A stretch of 64,000 nt of DNA from Candidatus Daviesbacteria bacterium (lineage in GTDB: Bacteria; Patescibacteriota; Microgenomatia; Daviesbacterales; UBA10151), in NCBI GenBank assembly GCA_028715175.1, contig JAQUSJ010000001.1, positions 212,550 to 276,549 on the forward strand, in the 5' to 3' direction. Of this stretch, positions 46,135-56,103 are shown piece after piece. Numbering within the stretch: position 1 is the first letter of the stretch; the number at the start of each line of letters is the position of its first letter. The translations under genes were made by a program, and so were the position numbers. The notes below the pieces were generated by a model that saw only the letters and a list, made by a program, of their open reading frames with translations, was not told the origin of the DNA and searched no databases.

Positions 46135-46901
46135 TAAATATCCGCAGGTGTCAATACAAATCCACCCCAAGGGTGGATACGGCTGTCAGTCTAGTCTTCA
46201 ACATCTAATAGTTGGTGTTTTATTAATTCCAATTTCTGGGCATAATCAACTTGGTCTAGAACAAATCGCTGATAGTGTTTGGATGATTTGAAGAGACATA
46301 GGATAGCTTCTTTATTACAAATTCCGTCGGTATCATTCTCAATGTATTCCCTATAAGAAGACCAGCGATATTGATTTAGATCTTTTACCAAAAATGAAGC
46401 AATTGGATTTAAATGGATGTAACGGGAAGCATGGCTTAATTGCTCATCAGATTCTATAAGTACTGCCTTAAATTCTCCTTGCAGCAGAGGACCAACACGG
46501 TTATATTTTACATTGTAATATTTAGTATAACTGTTGCTTAGCTTGCTAATAAATTCTGTAATTCCACCATCTTTTAACTGTTTTATTAGGAAATGAAAAT
46601 GATTTGACATGAGGCAATAACAGATTATTTCAACTATTTTTTTGCTTGAATCAGGTTTGAAAATTGAATAAGCGAGAAATTTAGAAAGTTTTGGCTTGGG
46701 TCCTGCAAGCTGGTAGTAACACATTGTTTTAATGAGTCGTGAATAATCCCAACTTTTTTCAAAAATACTTCTTTTTTCTACACCACGATTGTAAATGTGG
46801 TAATATTGCCCGTTTACAAATGGAAAAATTCTAGAAGGCATCTGAAGCTAGCATAGCTTAAATATCCGCAGGTGTCAATACCAATCCACCCCAAGGGTGG
46901 A
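46135..46901 (-). mobile_element. RAYT module bounded by 43-bp direct repeats
   Basis: Repeats at 46135-46177 and 46859-46901 (1 mismatch), each ending in the hairpin TCCACCCCAAGGGTGGA. Confidence 0.8.
46191..46841 (-). CDS. REP-associated tyrosine (Y1 HUH) transposase
   Basis: YHIYNRG, YCLMSNHFH, RYIHLNP and YRWSS motifs. Confidence 0.92.
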   Translation of the reverse strand: MPSRIFPFVNGQYYHIYNRGVEKRSIFEKSWDYSRLIKTMCYYQLAGPKPKLSKFLAYSIFKPDSSKKIVEIICYCLMSNHFHFLIKQLKDGGITEFISKLSNSYTKYYNVKYNRVGPLLQGEFKAVLIESDEQLSHASRYIHLNPIASFLVKDLNQYRWSSYREYIENDTDGICNKEAILCLFKSSKHYQRFVLDQVDYAQKLELIKHQLLDVED

Positions 46902-46937
46902 CATTTTACTATAGACATGGTTTGTTAAAATCAGCTC

Positions 46938-47471
46938 ATGAATAAAGAAAAAGGTTTGGTTATTTTATATACCGGTGAGGGGAAGGGGAAAACCACGGCT
47001 GCCTTGGGTTTGGTTCTTCGGGCTGTGGGCCATCAGAAAAAGTGTCTGGTAGTCCAGTTCGGAAAAGCCTGGTTTACCGGTGAGCTTGAAGGGGTTAGAC
47101 ATCTTAAGCCTTATGTCAAATTTATCCAGGGAGGTAAAGGGTTTGTCAAGATTTTAGGAGACGATCTTCCCCTAAAAGAACACAAACAGGTTGCTAATGA
47201 CACCTTTAAGCTATTATCTAAAGAGATTATCTCTGGAAAATGGGATGTGGTGGTGGCAGATGAAATAATTGGGGCAACCTCATCCAGACTTCTTCCCGAG
47301 AGCTTGGTTTTGAAATTAATTGCAGATAAACCTGAGGAGTTGGATTTAGTATTAACCGGTCACCATGCATCAAAGAAATTAATTGGGATGGCGGATTTAG
47401 TAACCGAAATGCGGGAAGCAAAACATCCTTACCAAAAAGGAATTCTGGCAAAAAAGGGTATTGACTTTTAG
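46938..47471 (+). CDS. cobO: Cob(I)alamin adenosyltransferase (CobA/CobO/BtuR)
   Basis: YTGEGKGKTTAALG, DEI, LVLTG and KHPY motifs. Confidence 0.93.
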   Translation: MNKEKGLVILYTGEGKGKTTAALGLVLRAVGHQKKCLVVQFGKAWFTGELEGVRHLKPYVKFIQGGKGFVKILGDDLPLKEHKQVANDTFKLLSKEIISGKWDVVVADEIIGATSSRLLPESLVLKLIADKPEELDLVLTGHHASKKLIGMADLVTEMREAKHPYQKGILAKKGIDF

Positions 47472-47494
47472 CACTCATTGCACTAAACTGCTAA
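47468..47494 (+). promoter_or_regulatory. CIRCE (HrcA operator) upstream of lon
   Basis: TTAGCACTC-N9-AACTGCTAA; 2 mismatches to the consensus. Confidence 0.8.
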
Positions 47495-47509
47495 TAGTTT
47501 TAAGAAAAT

Positions 47510-49942
47510 ATGGTTGATTTCATTAAATCGATTACGCCAACTTCAACAGAACCTTTAAAGTTGAAACCGACTATGCCGGTTGGTCCGCTTAGGGATACGG
47601 TTATTTTTCCCGGCAACTCAGTCCCGATTATATCCGGTAGACCAAGATCTAAAGCCGCGCTAGATGTGGTATGGAATAGCGATAAATTGATAGTTTTTGT
47701 TACTCAAAAAAATTCCCGGATTGAAGACCCGACAGAAAAAGATCTGTATAAAGTTGGTACTGTTTGTCTGATAAGACGGGTAGTTAAAAATCCTGAAGGA
47801 GAATATACACTGCAGGCAGAAGGGCTTTCCAGGGTGTACTTAAAAAGCTTTACCAAGATAGAGCCTTATTTAGAAGCGGAAATAGAAGAAATCCCCGAAC
47901 TTTACGAAAAAAGCGAACAAACAGAAGCATTGGTTAGAACTGTTAGAGAACAAATGAAACGGTTTCTGGAGTTGGGCGGTAACCCATTTTTTGACCAAAG
48001 CAATTTCGCCAACTGGTCCCTTTTTACCTATAGCGATGATCCCAATCAGTTGGTAAACTCGATAACTCAATCTATAGATTTTAAAACCATAGACAAACAA
48101 CAGATTCTAGAAATGGTTTCTGCAGGGGAGCGGTTGCAACGGCTATCTGAGCTTTTGGCAAAAGAGATAAGAATTCTGGAAATATCCCAGAAAATTTCAT
48201 CGCAAACTCAAGAGCGTGTTTCCAAAATGACCAAGGAAGCAATACTGCGGGAACAGATGAAGAGCATCGAAGAAGAGCTGGGCGGGGCAGATACAGAGCA
48301 TCAGGAAATTAAAGAATTTGAACTCAAAATCAAAAAGAGCGGCATGCCGAAAGAGGTTTTGGAAAGGGCAAAGAAAGAACTGGGGAGGTTGGCCAAGATG
48401 TCTTCCTACAACCCGGAAGCAGGCTATATCAGAAATTATCTGGAATGGTTGACAGATTTACCCTGGAAGCACAGTAAAAAAGGTAAAGTTGATTTGAAAA
48501 AAGCAGAGGGAATTTTGGAAGAAGATCACTACGGTTTAAAGAAAGTAAAAGAGCGTATTCTTGAGTATCTGGCTGTTTACAAGCTTGCAGGCAAAATGAG
48601 AGGACCGATCCTTTGTTTCGTCGGCCCGCCGGGTACAGGTAAAACTTCCATCGGAAAATCTATTGCCAGAGCTTTGAGCCGGAAATTTATCAAAGTATCT
48701 CTGGGTGGAATACGTGATGAGGCGGAAATAAGAGGACACCGCAGAACTTATGTCGGTTCTATGCCGGGTAGGATTATCCAGGGAATAAAACAGGCCGGCA
48801 CCACCAACCCGGTTTTTATGCTGGATGAGATTGATAAAATCGGGACAGACTACAGAGGCGATCCTTCGGCAGCACTTCTTGAGGCGCTTGATCCTGAACA
48901 AAACGAAGGCTTTTCCGATCATTATTTGGAAGTCTCATACGATCTTTCCAATGTTATGTTCATTACAACTGCAAATATTTTGGACACAATTCCACCGGCG
49001 CTTCGGGACAGGCTTGAAGTGATCAGATACCCGGGTTACACGGAAGATGAAAAGTTCCATATTGCTAAAAAATTCTTAATTCCCAAGCAAATGCAAAATC
49101 ATGGGTTCAAAAAGGACCAGATTGAGTTTCAAGATGAAGCTATTTATTCAATTATTAGGGGTTACACAAGAGAGGCCGGAGTTAGAAATTTGGAAAGAGA
49201 AATCTCAGCGGTCCTAAGAAAGGTGGCAAGAAAAATAGCAGAAGGAAATGGTGAGGTGAAGAAATTTATAATCCTTTCTAAGGATATCCATAGTTTTCTG
49301 GGACCAATCAAATTCTTACCAATTTTGGCTGAAAAGATGGATGAAATCGGGATGGTTACCGGTCTTTCTGTGACAGAGGCCGGAGGAGAGATTTTGTTTA
49401 TTGAAGTCACTTTAATGCCCGGAAAAGGCAATTTGCTTTTGACAGGACAACTGGGGGATGTGATGAAAGAGTCTGGTCAAGCAGCAATGTCTTATGTTAG
49501 GGCTCACTGGGCTGATTTGGGATTGCCGGAGCGGTTTTTCCAAAAGGTTGATGTGCATGTTCATGTTCCGGAAGGAGCAATTCCAAAAGATGGCCCCTCA
49601 GCAGGGATAGCTCTTACAACTGCCATTGTTTCCGCATTCACAAAAATTCCGGTCCATAAAGATATAGCCATGACCGGTGAGGTTACGTTAAGAGGACGAG
49701 TTTTGGAAATAGGTGGATTCAAAGAAAAAGTTTTGGCAGCTCACCGGGCCGGAGTAAAAGTTATAATTGCACCCTCTGATAATGAAAAAGATTTGGAAGA
49801 TATTCCGGATTATGTACAAAAGGATCTTAAATTTATCTTTGTCAAACATATGGATGATGTTTTGAAGGTGGCACTGATTAGGTCTCCTCAACCAGCACCA
49901 CGAAAAAGAATCCCAATTTCTCCACCAGCATATCTGGCTTAA
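47510..49942 (+). CDS. lon: Lon protease
   Basis: [20 protein letters not shown] and KDGPSAG motifs. Confidence 0.97.
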   Translation: MVDFIKSITPTSTEPLKLKPTMPVGPLRDTVIFPGNSVPIISGRPRSKAALDVVWNSDKLIVFVTQKNSRIEDPTEKDLYKVGTVCLIRRVVKNPEGEYTLQAEGLSRVYLKSFTKIEPYLEAEIEEIPELYEKSEQTEALVRTVREQMKRFLELGGNPFFDQSNFANWSLFTYSDDPNQLVNSITQSIDFKTIDKQQILEMVSAGERLQRLSELLAKEIRILEISQKISSQTQERVSKMTKEAILREQMKSIEEELGGADTEHQEIKEFELKIKKSGMPKEVLERAKKELGRLAKMSSYNPEAGYIRNYLEWLTDLPWKHSKKGKVDLKKAEGILEEDHYGLKKVKERILEYLAVYKLAGKMRGPILCFVGPPGTGKTSIGKSIARALSRKFIKVSLGGIRDEAEIRGHRRTYVGSMPGRIIQGIKQAGTTNPVFMLDEIDKIGTDYRGDPSAALLEALDPEQNEGFSDHYLEVSYDLSNVMFITTANILDTIPPALRDRLEVIRYPGYTEDEKFHIAKKFLIPKQMQNHGFKKDQIEFQDEAIYSIIRGYTREAGVRNLEREISAVLRKVARKIAEGNGEVKKFIILSKDIHSFLGPIKFLPILAEKMDEIGMVTGLSVTEAGGEILFIEVTLMPGKGNLLLTGQLGDVMKESGQAAMSYVRAHWADLGLPERFFQKVDVHVHVPEGAIPKDGPSAGIALTTAIVSAFTKIPVHKDIAMTGEVTLRGRVLEIGGFKEKVLAAHRAGVKVIIAPSDNEKDLEDIPDYVQKDLKFIFVKHMDDVLKVALIRSPQPAPRKRIPISPPAYLA

Positions 49943-50006
49943 ATTATCTTCTTGACTAATTCTAGGTAGGTAGTGTAAATTCTAAGATACTGCTCCGAAA
50001 GACTTC

Positions 50007-52013
50007 ATGGATTTCATATTAAATAATGCAAATTTAATAATTTGGGCTGCGGTGGCGGCTGCGCTTCTGTATGGCTTTTGGCTTATTATTGAAATTTTAA
50101 GAAAAGATTCCGGCGATGAAAAAATGAAAGAGATTGCCTCTGCCATTCAAATCGGAGCCTCAGCATATTTGCAAAGACAATACAAGGTGGTTGCCATGGT
50201 TGCTCTGGTTCTTGCGGCACTGATCTACTACGCATTGGGTAAAGATACTGCGATTGGATTTTTGATAGGTGCTTTTCTTTCGGCTCTGGCCGGTTTTATC
50301 GGCATGAGTGTGGCAGTGAGGGCTAATGTCCGTGTGACGGAGGAAGCTAAGAAAGGTTTATCCGGGGCTTTTATTTTGGCATATAAAGGCGGGGCAGTGA
50401 CAGGATTTCTGGTGGTAGGTTTAGCGCTCGCCGCAGTTTACGGGTTTTTTCAATATACCAATGGAGATCTGAAATCTTTAGTAGGGTTGGGGTTTGGCGG
50501 CTCTTTGATAAGTGTTTTTGCCCGGCTTGGCGGGGGCATATTCACTAAAGGTGCGGATGTCGGGGCGGATTTAGTGGGGAAGATTGAAGCAGGAATTCCT
50601 GAAGACGATCCGAGAAACCCGGCTGTCATTGCGGATAATGTGGGGGATAATGTCGGGGATTGTGCCGGAATGGCGGCAGATATTTTTGAAACCTATATTG
50701 TGACCGCCATTGCCTCTATGATATTAGGCCAACTCTTGTTTCCAGGATACAGCAATGCCGTGATGTTTCCCCTCTTAATCCTTGCTATGGGAATCCTGGC
50801 TTCGATTGTAGGATCGTTCTTTGTTAAATTGACGGGTAAAAACATCATGAAAGCTCTTTATAAAGGGATGATAGCAACTAGCGCTGTTTGCGCAGTTTTA
50901 TTTTATCCTGTTGCCTACAGCGTTATGGGAGACAACGGTATCATAAGCGTTTTTAATTTATACCTGGCATCTTTAATCGGAATACTGGTGACTGCGGGAA
51001 TGGTACTCATAACCGAATATTATACAGGTACGGAGTACTCCCCTGTCCAAAATTTAAGCCTGGCTTCCAAAACAGGCCATGCCACCAATATCATTGCAGG
51101 ACTTGCTTTGTCTATGCGTTCAACTTTTGCTCCGGTAATTTTAATCTCCGCAGCGGTATTATTAAGTTTTATGTTTGCGGGGCTTTATGGAATTGCTTTG
51201 GCCGGTGTGGCAATGCTTTCTTTAGCCGGAATTGTAGTGGCGATAGATGCATTTGGTCCGATTACAGATAATGCAGGCGGAATTGCAGAGATGGCAGATC
51301 TCCCGTCGAAAGTTCGCGATGTGACAGATCCGCTGGATGCTGTCGGGAATACGACTAAGGCTGTGACTAAAGGATATGCGATTGCTTCGGCAGCACTGGC
51401 AGCAATGGTTTTGTTTACAGCATATGCTCAGGAATTTTCTTCTCAAGGCTCGCAGTTGCAGTTTTCATTATCAGACCCTAATGTTTTGATAGGACTTTTT
51501 ATTGGTGGTTCGCTTCCCTACCTTTTTGCCTCCTATGCAATGGAAGCTGTAGGGCGGGCCGGAGGGGCAGTGGTTGAGGAAGTAAGGCGTCAGTTTAAGA
51601 CGATAAAGGGGATTATGGAAGGTAAGGCAAAACCTGATTATGCAAAGTGTGTTGATATTGTGACTCAATCGGCGCAAAAGGAGATGATTGTACCTGCTTT
51701 GATCCCTGTTTTGTCGCCGGTCATTGTGGGATTTGCCTTGGGTCCGGTGGCTTTGGGCGGGATGCTGGTGGGATCAATTGTGACAGGGATTTTTGTGGCG
51801 GTTTCTATGACCACAGGAGGCGCTGCCTGGGATAATGCCAAAAAGTATATTGAGTCGGGTAAGTTTGGAGGGAAGGGTTCTGAAACCCATAAAGCAGCAG
51901 TCACAGGGGATACAGTTGGCGACCCTTACAAGGATACAGCCGGTCCGGCAATAAACCCCATGATAAAAGTTGTTAATATCGTTGCCTTACTTCTGGTACC
52001 ATTCTTAAGATAA
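50007..52013 (+). CDS. hppA: Membrane-integral pyrophosphatase, K+-independent signature
   Basis: [20 protein letters not shown] and GNTTKA motifs. Confidence 0.95.
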   Translation: MDFILNNANLIIWAAVAAALLYGFWLIIEILRKDSGDEKMKEIASAIQIGASAYLQRQYKVVAMVALVLAALIYYALGKDTAIGFLIGAFLSALAGFIGMSVAVRANVRVTEEAKKGLSGAFILAYKGGAVTGFLVVGLALAAVYGFFQYTNGDLKSLVGLGFGGSLISVFARLGGGIFTKGADVGADLVGKIEAGIPEDDPRNPAVIADNVGDNVGDCAGMAADIFETYIVTAIASMILGQLLFPGYSNAVMFPLLILAMGILASIVGSFFVKLTGKNIMKALYKGMIATSAVCAVLFYPVAYSVMGDNGIISVFNLYLASLIGILVTAGMVLITEYYTGTEYSPVQNLSLASKTGHATNIIAGLALSMRSTFAPVILISAAVLLSFMFAGLYGIALAGVAMLSLAGIVVAIDAFGPITDNAGGIAEMADLPSKVRDVTDPLDAVGNTTKAVTKGYAIASAALAAMVLFTAYAQEFSSQGSQLQFSLSDPNVLIGLFIGGSLPYLFASYAMEAVGRAGGAVVEEVRRQFKTIKGIMEGKAKPDYAKCVDIVTQSAQKEMIVPALIPVLSPVIVGFALGPVALGGMLVGSIVTGIFVAVSMTTGGAAWDNAKKYIESGKFGGKGSETHKAAVTGDTVGDPYKDTAGPAINPMIKVVNIVALLLVPFLR

Positions 52014-52038
52014 ATTTGTTATCCTTTAAACAAATAAT

Positions 52039-53136
52039 ATGGATAGTGAAAAAGTGAGTGATTCTGCTCTATTAGATAGCCCTATCCCTCTTGAACTATA
52101 TTCTTTAGCAGGATGGAAAGAAGTTCCAATTAGGGAAAACGGTGAACCTTTAGTTCCACTGGGGCCATTTTCTGGAAGTGATGAAATTTTTACCCATGCA
52201 ATATATTTTGGTGAAAAAAAAGACTCCCCTTATCCAAGCGGGTCTTTAGAAGGAAGCTTGGTGACTATGTTTGTACGCCAAGAGGTAGTCAGACAGCTCA
52301 AAAGAGCACAAGCTCTTTTACCTTCAGGGATGCATTTGCTTGTTTTTGATGCCTATCGTACCTTGCAAGTTCAACAATCTTTGTATGATGTGTATCTAAA
52401 TGAATTAAAGAAAATACATCCTGATTGGACAGACGACCAATTATCAGTTGACACTCAAAGGTATGTTTCTGTACCCTCAACAGATTCTAATCGTCCATCG
52501 CCGCATAATACCGGTGGTGCTGTTGATGTGGCAATTTTTCAGCTTCCTGAAGAGGTAGAGATAGATGTGCAACGAATTAATAACGAGCTGGCCACGTTAG
52601 AAAATAAGGATTGGGAGGAGGCATATAGATTGGAAATGAGAAAAATTGGTCTGATTGAAGCAAACATGCAGCTACTGAATTTTGGTACTAGATTTGATTA
52701 TGGAGGAGTTGAAGCTTCTCTTAATTATTTTGAAAAACTGGCTACTAAAAGGAGTTTAACTGCTGAGGAACAAGAGGCCCAAAGCAACAGAAGACTTCTT
52801 TATAACACTATGGTAAATGTTGGTTTTGAGCCGTATGAGGATGAATGGTGGCATTTTAATTCTAAAAAATCCCAGATGGGCGCAAAGGTAGCGGGTTTAG
52901 ATCATGCTGAGTATGGTCCAATGCAGCTTTCTCCTGAAAACTCTGCACATGAGAAGATGCGTAGAGATCATTGGACTGGTTCAGTAATAATTTCCAACCA
53001 TGATTTTGGTTCCAAGTTAGGATTACCTCTTTCACCAGCAATGAGAGCAGCCCAGGCAGGTGTTTCTGAAGTAGGCGATATTAGAAATACTCAATCACCT
53101 TGCGCAGAAGTCATAACACCACAAAAACCTACGTGA
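52039..53136 (+). CDS. D-Ala-D-Ala dipeptidase (peptidase M15D, VanX-like)
   Basis: DAYR, HNTGGAVD and EWWHF motifs. Confidence 0.85.
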   Translation: MDSEKVSDSALLDSPIPLELYSLAGWKEVPIRENGEPLVPLGPFSGSDEIFTHAIYFGEKKDSPYPSGSLEGSLVTMFVRQEVVRQLKRAQALLPSGMHLLVFDAYRTLQVQQSLYDVYLNELKKIHPDWTDDQLSVDTQRYVSVPSTDSNRPSPHNTGGAVDVAIFQLPEEVEIDVQRINNELATLENKDWEEAYRLEMRKIGLIEANMQLLNFGTRFDYGGVEASLNYFEKLATKRSLTAEEQEAQSNRRLLYNTMVNVGFEPYEDEWWHFNSKKSQMGAKVAGLDHAEYGPMQLSPENSAHEKMRRDHWTGSVIISNHDFGSKLGLPLSPAMRAAQAGVSEVGDIRNTQSPCAEVITPQKPT

Positions 53137-53163
53137 ATTTGGTTTTATATTTACAACGTTTAC

Positions 53164-53199
53164 AAACCCGGTTTGTCAATACGAATTCAAACCGGGTTT
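53164..53199. terminator. Hairpin between convergent genes (terminator or REP-like element)
   Basis: AAACCCGGTTTG-12 nt-CAAACCGGGTTT. Confidence 0.6.
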
Positions 53200-53220
53200 T
53201 CAGGTTGGTTATGGTGCTTA

Positions 53221-53637
53221 TTAGGTAAGTCCGCCAGCTGGCGGAGGAGGTGGCTGGTTGCCAAAAAGGGCATTTTTTACCTCATTCACTACTTGATCTG
53301 GGGTATAAGATGCTTTAATCAAATAAGCCTGGGCCCCCAGCTCAAACCCTTCTTTTATAACCGCTTCCTGACCTAAATTTGTTAAAAGAATGGTGATCAT
53401 CGGGGAGTTTGGGTTTTGGGTTTTAAATTCGCGGAGCAGTTGCAAACCATTAATCCCCGGAAGCATGATATCCAAAAGAAGTAAATCAAAAGGTTCATTT
53501 TTTAGTGTTTCCAAACCGCTTTGTCCGTCCACTGCGCTTTTCACCGCAAATCCTGCTTTGGCGAGCTGCCTTGTGTACAACTCCCTGATGAAATCCTCGT
53601 CTTCAACAAGTAAAATTTTCTTTGGTGTCGGACCCAT
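53221..53637 (-). CDS. Single-domain response regulator (receiver only)
   Basis: VEDE, LLDIMLPG and YLIK motifs; no output domain. Confidence 0.92.
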   Translation of the reverse strand: MGPTPKKILLVEDEDFIRELYTRQLAKAGFAVKSAVDGQSGLETLKNEPFDLLLLDIMLPGINGLQLLREFKTQNPNSPMITILLTNLGQEAVIKEGFELGAQAYLIKASYTPDQVVNEVKNALFGNQPPPPPAGGLT

Positions 53638-53660
53638 ATACTTTATTTTATATTAATAGT

Positions 53661-55148
53661 TTAATAATTCAAAGTCCCGGATTGAATAGCTCCGGAAACA
53701 AATTTGTTGTTTTCTGAAACAGCGGTACTTAAGGTTACAATTGGTAAAGTAAAGGAAAATCTGCTGCCTTTTCCCGGTTCTGATTCAACCCAGATTTTAC
53801 CGTGAAGTTTTTCTATAATTGATTTAGAGATGTATAATCCCAGACCCGTGCCTTTGCTTGCTTGTTGCAGCTTATTAGAAACTCTGAAGAATTTACTAAA
53901 GAGGTGCGGAATTGCCTCCGGCGGTATCCCGATACCGTTGTCTGAGACAGTAGTCGTAATGTCATTCGGGGAAACTTTTACAAAAACCTCTATTTTTCCA
54001 TTTGGATTAGTGTAGTTTATTGCATTAGAGACAAGGTTGGTTATTACTTCGTTTATTCTGATAGGGTCGGTAATAACTTTGGGTAATGTTTCAGTTGGCG
54101 GAAGTGTACTCAAGACAATATTTTTTTGAGTAGCTTGACTTTTTAAATCTTCAACCGCCTTGGTTAGTATAGGCAGATAGTCGGTTGGTTGCGGAGAAAC
54201 GGATAGTTGCTCTTTTTCGATTTTATTAACATTAAGCAGATTTTGAATCAAGGTTTGGAGCTGTTTGGCAGCCACAAATGCTTTGTTCAACAGATCTAGA
54301 TTTTCTGCAGGGACTTTGCCTTTGTTTTCATCGAGGAATACAGACAGATAACCGACAATACTGGTTAAGGGTGTTTTTAACTCATGTGATGCCATAGACA
54401 CAAAATCCAATTTCATTTGCTCCAGCTCTTCTTCTTGAGATAGATCATGGATTATTAAAATGCAGTTTAGATTAGTTTGTACCGCACTGCCGACCTGTGT
54501 AGTCGTCAGTTTGACTTTGACTTGTCTGCCATCTTTGCCGATAAGTCTTGCTGTTTGGTTAAAGCTTTCCTGACAGTAAGTTTTAACCAGGATTTCTTCT
54601 TGGTCGGAGAATAGATGGATCGCCTGGTCAACCGATTTACCAAGGACATCGGATTCTCTGAGACCTGTCAGCTCTTCTGAAGCTTTATTCAAAAACACGA
54701 TATTTTTATTAAAATCCAACGCAATAATTCCATCAATTATTGATGAAAGAATCTCGTCAAATTTATTTTTTTCTGAGATTGCAGTAGCCTGATCATTTTC
54801 AAGTTGCTGGATTATTTTTGAGAGTTTGTCTGTCATGAGGTTAAATGAGTTGCCTACGTCTTCAAATTCATCGTTTGAGTGAAGACTAATTCTATGATTA
54901 AGATTGCCATTGGAAAAAATCTGTGCGCTTTTAATAAAAGTGTCCAGCGGTTGCAATATCCAAAGTACTAATACGACAGCTAAAATTGCGCTGGCTGCTG
55001 CTGCCAGAATATAAAGCAAGGCTGTGAGCGGGATGATCAGTCCCAGAAGACAGGGAAAGATTGTCGCTAAAACTACAATTAGGATAACTTTAAAACGGAG
55101 TGTTTTTTTTGCCTGTTTAACAGGCGAGCTTTGGGCAGCTTGGTTCAT
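53661..55148 (-). CDS. Sensor histidine kinase (2 TM, HAMP, PAS, HisKA, HATPase)
   Basis: SHELKTPL, NLVSNA, DNGIG and GTGLGL motifs. Confidence 0.95.
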   Translation of the reverse strand: MNQAAQSSPVKQAKKTLRFKVILIVVLATIFPCLLGLIIPLTALLYILAAAASAILAVVLVLWILQPLDTFIKSAQIFSNGNLNHRISLHSNDEFEDVGNSFNLMTDKLSKIIQQLENDQATAISEKNKFDEILSSIIDGIIALDFNKNIVFLNKASEELTGLRESDVLGKSVDQAIHLFSDQEEILVKTYCQESFNQTARLIGKDGRQVKVKLTTTQVGSAVQTNLNCILIIHDLSQEEELEQMKLDFVSMASHELKTPLTSIVGYLSVFLDENKGKVPAENLDLLNKAFVAAKQLQTLIQNLLNVNKIEKEQLSVSPQPTDYLPILTKAVEDLKSQATQKNIVLSTLPPTETLPKVITDPIRINEVITNLVSNAINYTNPNGKIEVFVKVSPNDITTTVSDNGIGIPPEAIPHLFSKFFRVSNKLQQASKGTGLGLYISKSIIEKLHGKIWVESEPGKGSRFSFTLPIVTLSTAVSENNKFVSGAIQSGTLNY

Positions 55149-55198
55149 GTTATTTCCAGCGTAACAGAAGTGAGATCCTTGTTCAACTCTAACTTTGG

Positions 55199-55244
55199 CC
55201 TGTACTGAGTCCTTCGGTAGAACTCAGGGTAGACTGCGCCGAAG
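55199..55244. repeat. Nested REP-like palindrome at the tRNA-Glu 3' end
   Basis: CTGAGT-CCTTCGGTAG-AACTCAG hairpin; related to the 28564 element. Confidence 0.55.
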
Positions 55245-55246
55245 TG

Positions 55247-55320
55247 TACCGCCAACGGGAGTCGAACCCGTGATTTCTTGGATGAGAACCAAGTGTCCTG
55301 GACCACTAGACGATGGCGGC
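55247..55320 (-). tRNA. tRNA-Glu (CTC), CCA not encoded
   Basis: Acceptor stem GCCGCCA/TGGCGGT, anticodon arm CTTGG-TTCTCAT-CCAAG, T-arm GGTTCGACTCC. Confidence 0.95.
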
Positions 55321-55385
55321 AAGTCAAACTTGCCAGTCGAGTTTGACTCGACGGCGTGGTCAAATTATACTTACCAGACACTTAA

Positions 55386-55414
55386 TTGACAAGATATGTT
55401 AATCAATATATAAT
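55386..55414 (+). promoter_or_regulatory. Consensus sigma70 promoter of the greA leader
   Basis: TTGACA-17 nt-TATAAT. Confidence 0.9.
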
Positions 55415-55424
55415 CCATTTTAAT

Positions 55425-55532
55425 ATGACACTTGCTAAAGCAATGGTTTCAAAAAAAATTGTCTCCCTTTTCACATCTCCTTGCCGGGGGGGCCACTATG
55501 GCCAACAGGCGCAGGGAGGTCTTTTTAGGTAA
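55425..55532 (+). CDS. Putative greA leader peptide MTLAKAMVSKKIVSLFTSPCRGGHYGQQAQGGLFR
   Basis: ATG 10 nt after the -10 box; ORF ends within the antiterminator region. Confidence 0.6.
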   Translation: MTLAKAMVSKKIVSLFTSPCRGGHYGQQAQGGLFR

Positions 55533-55558
55533 AAAAACCTAAAATCCCAAAGCAAAGG

Positions 55559-55584
55559 AGACCTCCTCAAAAGGGAGGTTTTTT
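55559..55584 (+). terminator. Terminator / SD-sequestering hairpin before greA
   Basis: AGACCTCCT-CAAAA-GGGAGGTTTTTT directly followed by the ATG. Confidence 0.8.
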
Positions 55585-56076
55585 ATGGCTGGAGTAAAAC
55601 AACAATTGACAAGAAACGGACAAAATATCTACATTACTGCCAAGGGTTTAGCTGATGCTAAAGTAGAGTTGGAGTTTTTGAAAAAGACTAAGAGGGTTCA
55701 AATTGCCGAAAAAATTCATCAGGCCAGAGAATATGGAGATCTGGCTGAGAACTCTGAGTATGATGCTGCGCTGGAAGAACAGGCTATGGCAGAAAGCCGC
55801 ATTTCGGATTTAGAGGACATCCTTAAAAGCGCAAAAATCATAGAAAATCAGCATACTCAAGATTTTGTGGTGATCGGATCAACAGTCAAAGTTGAGATGG
55901 ATGAAGGAATTGATGAATTTACTATAGTAGGAAGAGTTGAAGCTGATCCCTCCAAAAAAAGAATCTCCAATGAATCGCCTTTAGGTCAAGCTCTTATGGG
56001 TGTTCAAAAAGGAGAAACAATTGAGGTAACAACGCCGATAGTCAGATATAAGTGTAAGGTTCTTGACATAAAATAA
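55585..56076 (+). CDS. greA: Transcription elongation factor GreA
   Basis: GDLAENSEYD and ISNESPLGQAL motifs. Confidence 0.97.
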   Translation: MAGVKQQLTRNGQNIYITAKGLADAKVELEFLKKTKRVQIAEKIHQAREYGDLAENSEYDAALEEQAMAESRISDLEDILKSAKIIENQHTQDFVVIGSTVKVEMDEGIDEFTIVGRVEADPSKKRISNESPLGQALMGVQKGETIEVTTPIVRYKCKVLDIK

Positions 56077-56103
56077 AAAGAGTTAAAATTAGAGGATAAA
56101 ATA

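Noticed and set aside
55145-55389. ORFs of 78 and 64 aa
   Set aside because: Both overlap the tRNA-Glu gene and a repeat.
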